Source: the human T2T-CHM13v2.0 reference genome, Homo sapiens
NCBI RefSeq assembly: GCF_009914755.1
Contig: NC_060945.1
Reading direction: 5' to 3' (one strand)
DNA length: 64,000 nucleotides
A program made the translations under genes and the position numbers. The notes beneath the pieces are model-generated. The model searched no databases. It was given only the letters and a program-made list of their open reading frames with translations, and was not told the DNA's origin. Positions 56,049 to 64,000 of this stretch are shown here, in pieces. Numbering within the stretch: position 1 is the first letter of the stretch; each line of letters starts with the position of its first letter.

Positions 56049-56358
56049 GTATGGGCGGAGTGGCTGATGCCTGTAATCCCAGAAAATTGGGAGGCAGAGG
56101 CAGGTAGATCATTTGAGGGCCAGGAGTTAGAGACCAGCCTGGCTAACATGGCGGAACCCCATCTCTACTAACAATATAAAAATTTGCCAGGTGTGGTGGT
56201 GCATGTCTGTAATCCTAGCTACTTGGGTGGCTGAGGCAGGAGAATCAGTTGAACCCAGGAGAGGGAAGTTGTAGTGAACAGAAATTGCGCCACTGAACCC
56301 CAGCCTGGGAGACAGAGTGAGCGTTGTCTTAAAAAACAAACAAACAAATAAACAAACA
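56049..56358 (+). mobile_element. AluS inside integrase region
   Basis: TSD aaaacaccataacc/aaaacatcataacc. Confidence 0.92.
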
Positions 56359-56639
56359 AAAACATCATAACCTACAACCAGGGTATTCTGTCTATTGAAA
56401 AAGACATTTACAAAAGGATTACCTCCAACCTCTCTGGAAAGCCCCATGTCATGTCTTATTCACCAATCATTGTGCAACTAAACTTACAGAAATTGATTCC
56501 TGGATACATATGTCTCTTCAAAGAAGACATTGGCTCCTGAGTGGAATTGCATCTCTGTTGACAAATACAAAATAAGTATTTCTAGGATTTAAAGCAGATG
56601 ACATCTAGTGGTTGGTTTCTCCAAAAATTCCCAGGACTG

Positions 56640-58250
<1,611 letters not shown>

Positions 58251-60300
58251 TAATATAATCCAGACAGACTTAACCTTGAGAACTCCTCCTTCTGGCCTCC
58301 TTGTTCAAATGCTGCATACAAGTGTCTTAGCACTAACTTCCAACTGTTGATCACCTCCACAAATCACAACCAACTGTCTTAAGCAGATCTATCCTGGCAC
58401 ACTCAAGACTTCACTAGAGGCTGATTGATCAACAGTGCATTTGGAGAAAGACCTTGGTAAAAAAAAAAAAAAAAAAAAAAGGGCAATATGAAAGTTGCAG
58501 ATACAAGCATGAAATTATTTTTTATCAGACCCAAACCTATTAGAGCTAGAAGAGCACAAAAAAAAAAGATTGTCTTAAGAATTTTCTAAAATAAACCCAC
58601 AAGAAATTATTTTCAGGAAAAAGAGGGATTATTTTCCTAAACAGTGCAGCAATTCACGTAATATGCTCTCAAAGGAGCACCCACCCAATAATGACATCTC
58701 CACCAATGAACTTTGACTAACCATGCCTTTCAGTCTCCAAAAATCAATAAACTTTGTTCCTGAGGAGCTTATGTGAACCCCTTTGCCCAAAAAATTTTCC
58801 TTTACCTTCCGCTTTTCAGACGCATATGTGGCTTGCTATAGCTGTTCATCTTGGGTTACAATCTTTTCTGATTTCTGAATAAATTCAACATATTGGGAAG
58901 TATTTTTGCCCTCATTTTTGGGGGGCTTGATACTGTCATGCTCTCCCCCAAGATCTGCTCATTTTCAACTTTAACTTTGATCAACGATTTAACAAGAAAA
59001 TAGTGAAAAAACGAAGAATATCAAATGTATGAGCTCAGAGACATTTTACTCAGCATGTATTTATGTTCAAGTTTTAGGTTGAATCTTGTTTTCTGCTGAC
59101 AATTTGTGATACCCTACAGACAAGATATTACCAGGATTTATTCAACAGAAAATCTTATCTGCATTCTGACCCCCTGAAAGGATACCCAGATACAACAATG
59201 ATAAGTGCTGTCATGTAGAAAAGTTATGGATGCCTTCATGCATATGGTAAACATTCTTCCATTGTGTGTAGAGCTTTAGTAGGCTGTTTAACCCAAAACA
59301 CTGCATGGCTCTTCTTCTTGAAACCAAGATTTTCTCCCTAGGGGTGGCTTAGAATATTTGTGCTATAAAAGGTATTAGAAAATTTCTATGTAATGGGAGA
59401 TTCATGCTCATAGGAAAATGTGGTATCTTTATGCTGAAAATTGAATTTATATTCTCTCAAGTTTAGTAAACTCTGTAAAACGTGATGATGCACATAAGAA
59501 ACGAAACTACCTAATGTTAAAAATGTCCAATATTATTTTGTTAGATTATTCTTAATTAAAATACTTCTCAGTGAATGGCTGCATTAGCCTTTATCAACTC
59601 TATTTACACTTACACACCAAATACAGTCCATATAGTCATGACAGAATGAAGAATGGTAAGAGAGATGTAAGGTAATGAGACAATGAAGACTGGGTGAATC
59701 CATAGATTTTACTCACTTTAATACAATTTTCTAAGAACTTTTAGAAAGTGAATATTTAAAAGACAGTGTGAAGTAGTACAAAACTCACTAAATTATTAAA
59801 TTATCTGTCTCTCAGTATAGATATAGATATACATATTTATCTCTCTATATATGCATAATTCAGCAGTAGATCTCTAAACATATTTAATAGAATTTCAGAA
59901 AAAAATTGAAACCAAATTTTGTGAATTAATGAATTACTCAGTAGATTTAACATTTTAGTTAAAGTGTTTCTGTCGTTTTCATTTTGGCGCTACTTTAAAG
60001 AGTTTTTAATATGTTTGTATAGTGTCTCATAATTACATTGAAAAATACTAAGATAATTACATTAAATAATTTTTAGGTAACACTGTCAACTTAGACGTTC
60101 ATCTTGTTTTGGCTAGACTTTTAGACTATTTTTAAATTAGTCTTCCTATCTCTCACATAAGCTCCCTTAATATAGTCATCCCTCTTACTATGGATGAATC
60201 ACTATTAAAGGCAAATCAGTTTGTGGCATTTTCATTGTACATGCTTCACTGACTCCCCATTACTTTCAAGTTGAAATAGGAAAAATTTAGCATGACATGC

Positions 60301-60657
60301 TACTGTGGTGTGAATGCTCCCCAAATTTCATATGTTGAAACTTAATTGCCAATGTGACATTATAAAGAGTGCAGTCTTTAGGAGGTAATTAAGTCATGAG
60401 GGCAGAGCACTTGTAAATGAGATAAGGTCTTTATAAAGGAGGATTCACACGGCGGCATTTGTTCCTTTTGCTCTACTGCTCTTCTGTCACAGGAGAACAC
60501 CTTGACAAGGCCATCTCTGAGGGACAAGCCATCACTGAATCTGCTGGTGCCTTCATCTTGGACTTCCCAGCATCCAGAATTGTGCTAAAAAATTCTTTTC
60601 TTTATAAATCACTCAGTCTCAGGTATTTTGCTATAGTAGCACAAATGGACTAAGACA
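60301..60657 (+). mobile_element. MSTC/D-type solo LTR, probably inside an L2 fragment
   Basis: ccccaaatttcatatgttgaaacttaa...ggactaagaca; TSD catgc/catac. Confidence 0.85.
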
Positions 60658-61052
60658 CATACAAACCCTTTCATGTCCTCACTTCTGTCTTCATAGTCTT
60701 TTACTAACATATGCATTCAGTTCCACTAATCATGCTTCTATAATGAAAATTTTCTAAAAGTGCAATGCAATTCAGCATTCTATGATAGGCATAGATTTCT
60801 TAGTTCAAGATTTGTGAAAAAAATTATCCATTTATTTCTCAAGACTCAGTTCTAAATGTTTGAAAGAGAATCAAGTTTGAAATTTGTATTAGGCTCCATC
60901 CCTAACTATGTTTTTAATGAGATCTTATTTTTTTGAATCATAATGTATCTTACAAAATGTAAAATGCATAAAATTGTACGAAGTAGAAAGTCTTCCTCCA
61001 TCACCTTCATCTAATCACAAGATTCCCCTCTGGAGGCAGCCGCATGGTTTTA

Positions 61053-61421
<369 letters not shown>

Positions 61422-61714
61422 TCAAATACTCAACCCTGTGCTTCATTCACAATTATTAAAATTCTGTGCCAGATACTAAGGATACTAATTAAAAAAAAAA
61501 ACACAGTTTATGTCCTTACAAAAGTAAATTGTAAAAGCAGTTGCAATACGTTGTTCTTACAAGAAATTTACAACGCAGTGGACTATGAATTATGTATCTA
61601 ACAGATAGATATGCTATTTTTTAGACTAGAGAGTGTTTAAGATATGTCATAATTTAATTATCAGTAGGTAAAAAATAATTTCAGGCTTTTTCTTGAAAAA
61701 CCCAAAACATAGAT

Positions 61715-62298
61715 ACAATGAACATATTTTATGTGGAGTGTGTTTAACTTATGAGTCATAAAGCTCACTCTTTTTATATACATGTGTGCAGTTCTATGAA
61801 TTGTGATAAAGATGCATCAAGCCATGTAACCACAACCATAATCAAGATAGAGAAAATTTCATCACTCTCTAAAAAATCTTCTTTATGCCCCCTTTTGTTC
61901 TGTAGTTAAATGCTTTCCTTGCTTTTAACCATTGGCAACCAGTGATCTATTGTCTCTTCTAATAGTTTTGTCTGTTGAGAACTACATGTAAATGGAATGA
62001 TATTTTATTAAGCCTCAGAAGTCTTTAAAATAGCATTATACATTTACGATGCATTCATGTTGTTGCATGTTCAAGAGTCTGACTCATTTTTGTTGAGTAA
62101 TATTCCGTTTGTGTGAGTAGAACCCTTTTAAAAATTTATTCAAAAATGAAGAGCATTTGGGTTACTTTCTGCTTTGGGGATTGTGAATTTTTTATAAACA
62201 TTCACATAGAAATAATTTGTGTGAATCTAAGTCTTCATTTCTTTTTGGAAAATATCTGAAGCGAGGATGGTAGGACATTTAGTAAGTGCATGTTTTCT
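61715..62298 (-). mobile_element. Old L1M (MB8/ME-type) 3' end
   Basis: cagttctatgaatt...catgtaaccacaaccataatcaagatagagaa...gcattcatgttgttgcatgt. Confidence 0.8.
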
Positions 62299-62300
62299 TT

Positions 62301-63305
62301 TGTTTTAATCTGTTAGGTTGCTATAACAAAAGTGCCATAAACTAGATGGCTTATAAACAACAGAGACTTCTTTCTCACAATTCTGGAAGCTGGAAAGTCC
62401 TAGATCAAGGTGCCAGCAGACTTGGTGTCTTCTAGCTGTGTGTTCTTATGTAACTGCGCAACAGGTTCACCTTGCCCACTGCCTAGACGGAGTTGATTTG
62501 TCAAGACAGGGGAACTGCAATGGAGAAAGTTATTGGTGCAGAGCCGGCAGTGTGAGAGACTGGAGTTTTATTATTGCTCACATCAGTCTCCCCAAGCATT
62601 CAGGGATCAGAGATTTCAAGAATAATTTGGTGGGTGTGGGTGAGTGAGTTGGGAGTGCTGACTGTTTGGGTCAGATGAAATCATAAGGAATCAAAGCTGT
62701 CTTCCTGCACTGGGTCAGTTCCTGGGCGGGGGGCCCCACGATCAGATGAGCCAGTTTATCCATCGGGATGGTGCCAGCTCATCCATCAAGTGCTGGGGCT
62801 GTAAAATATCTCAAGCACTGATCTTTGGTTTTACAATAGTGATGTTATCCTCAGGAGCAATTTGGGGAGTGTCTTGTAACCTCCAACTGCATGGCTTCTA
62901 AACCATAATTTCTAATCTTTTGGCTAATTTGTTAGTCCTACAAAAGGCAGTGTAGTCCCCAGGCAAGAAGGGGGATTGTTTTAGAAAAGGGCTATAAACT
63001 ATGTTCCTCCCAAAGTTAATTTGGCCTTCATCCAGGAATGAACAAGAACAGCTTAGTGGTTAGAAGCAAGATTTCAGATTTCTTTCACCACAGTCATAAT
63101 TTTGCAATAGTGGTTTCATTTACATGAGGCAAGGAGAATGGGAGAGCTCTCTGGGTAAGCTTTTTAAGGGCACTAATCCCACTCAAGAGGGCTCCACCTC
63201 ATGAACTAATAATCTTCCAAATGTCCCACTTCCAAATACCATCACCTTGGGGGCTAGGATTTCGATATATGAATTGGGGAAGACACAAACATTCATACCA
63301 TGGCA
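62301..63305 (-). mobile_element. MLT1A-type LTR interrupted by LTR8
   Basis: gctataacaaaa...gcttataaacaacaga...; aagggcactaatccca...gacacaaacattca. Confidence 0.85.
62449..63118 (-). mobile_element. LTR8 solo LTR
   Basis: tgtaac...ggttcaccttgccc and gtcataattttgcaa...ggtttca termini; TSD ctta/ttta. Confidence 0.88.
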
Positions 63306-63319
63306 CCTTATGAAAAGAT

Positions 63320-64000
63320 TAGAGTTTATTTTTTAGAGCAATTTTAGGTTCACAACACAACTGAAGAGAAAGTACAGAGAATTGTCGCATAACCCCATTT
63401 GCCCCCTCACACAACTTTCCTCATTGTCAATATCCACTGGTACATTCGTTACAATGAATTAACTGATATTGACATATCATCCTGCAAAGCAGTTTACATT
63501 ATAGTCCACTCTTGGTGTTGTATACTCTATGCACAAATGTATAAGGACATGTATTTACTATTATTATATTAAAAAGAATAGTGGCACTGCCCTAAAAATC
63601 CTCTGTGCTCTGCCTATTCATTCTTTCCTTTTCCCAAACTTCTGGCAACTACTTTAAAGTCTTGATTAGTTTTTTTTCCCTCTTTTTCAGAATGCCATAT
63701 AGTTGAAATTATGTAACACGTAGCCTTTTTAGGTTAGGATCCTTCACTTAGTAGTATGCACTTGAGATTCTTCCATGTCTTATCATGGGTTAGTAGCTCA
63801 TATTTTTAATGCAGAATAATGCTCCATCTTCTGTGTATACCAAAATTTATTTATCCATTCACCTACAGAATAACCTTTTGGTTACTTGCACATTTTGGCT
63901 ATTATCAGTGAAGTTGCTCTAAAACATCCACGTGCAAATTGTGTGTGGATATAAATTTTCAATTCATTTTGATAAATGCCAAGAAATGAGATGGCCAAAT
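63320..64000 (-). mobile_element. L1MC1/2-type 3' end, runs off the window
   Basis: tttagagcaattttaggttcacaac...aagtacagaga...cactcttggtgttgta. Confidence 0.8.

Larger units (their letters stand above)
53440..56560 (+). pseudogene. pol remnant: connection, RNase H, integrase
   Basis: LLVKATEKILMGSP, CFTDVS, NVYKDSRYAFGV, GNHLADSLAESAA, HDLNH...CPTC zinc finger, PFMIWQI; many stops and frameshifts. Confidence 0.88.

Overview
AT-rich primate (human-like) genomic DNA with no intact protein-coding gene, RNA gene or CRISPR array that I can support. Most of the window is nested transposable-element fossils: about 11 Alus plus a FLAM, L1 pieces of many ages, L2/MIR, a full-length Tigger1, a Tigger1 MITE, MADE1 and MER58A. 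It also holds two complete MaLR proviruses (THE1D-like, MSTA-like), many solo LTRs (THE1, MSTB, MSTD, MLT1, MLT2A2, MER4, MER41, MER52, LTR8, LTR33) and two decayed class I ERVs. One ERV is a ~9.4 kb two-LTR provirus with recognisable gag, RNase H, integrase and env. The supplied ORFs are TE remnants or chance ORFs. Subfamily names come from recalled consensus sequences, not a database search. I do not see a new biological system. The structures least explained by TEs are two hairpins at 41.0-41.7 kb and a pentanucleotide repeat at ~7.0 kb bracketed by duplicated inverted arms.
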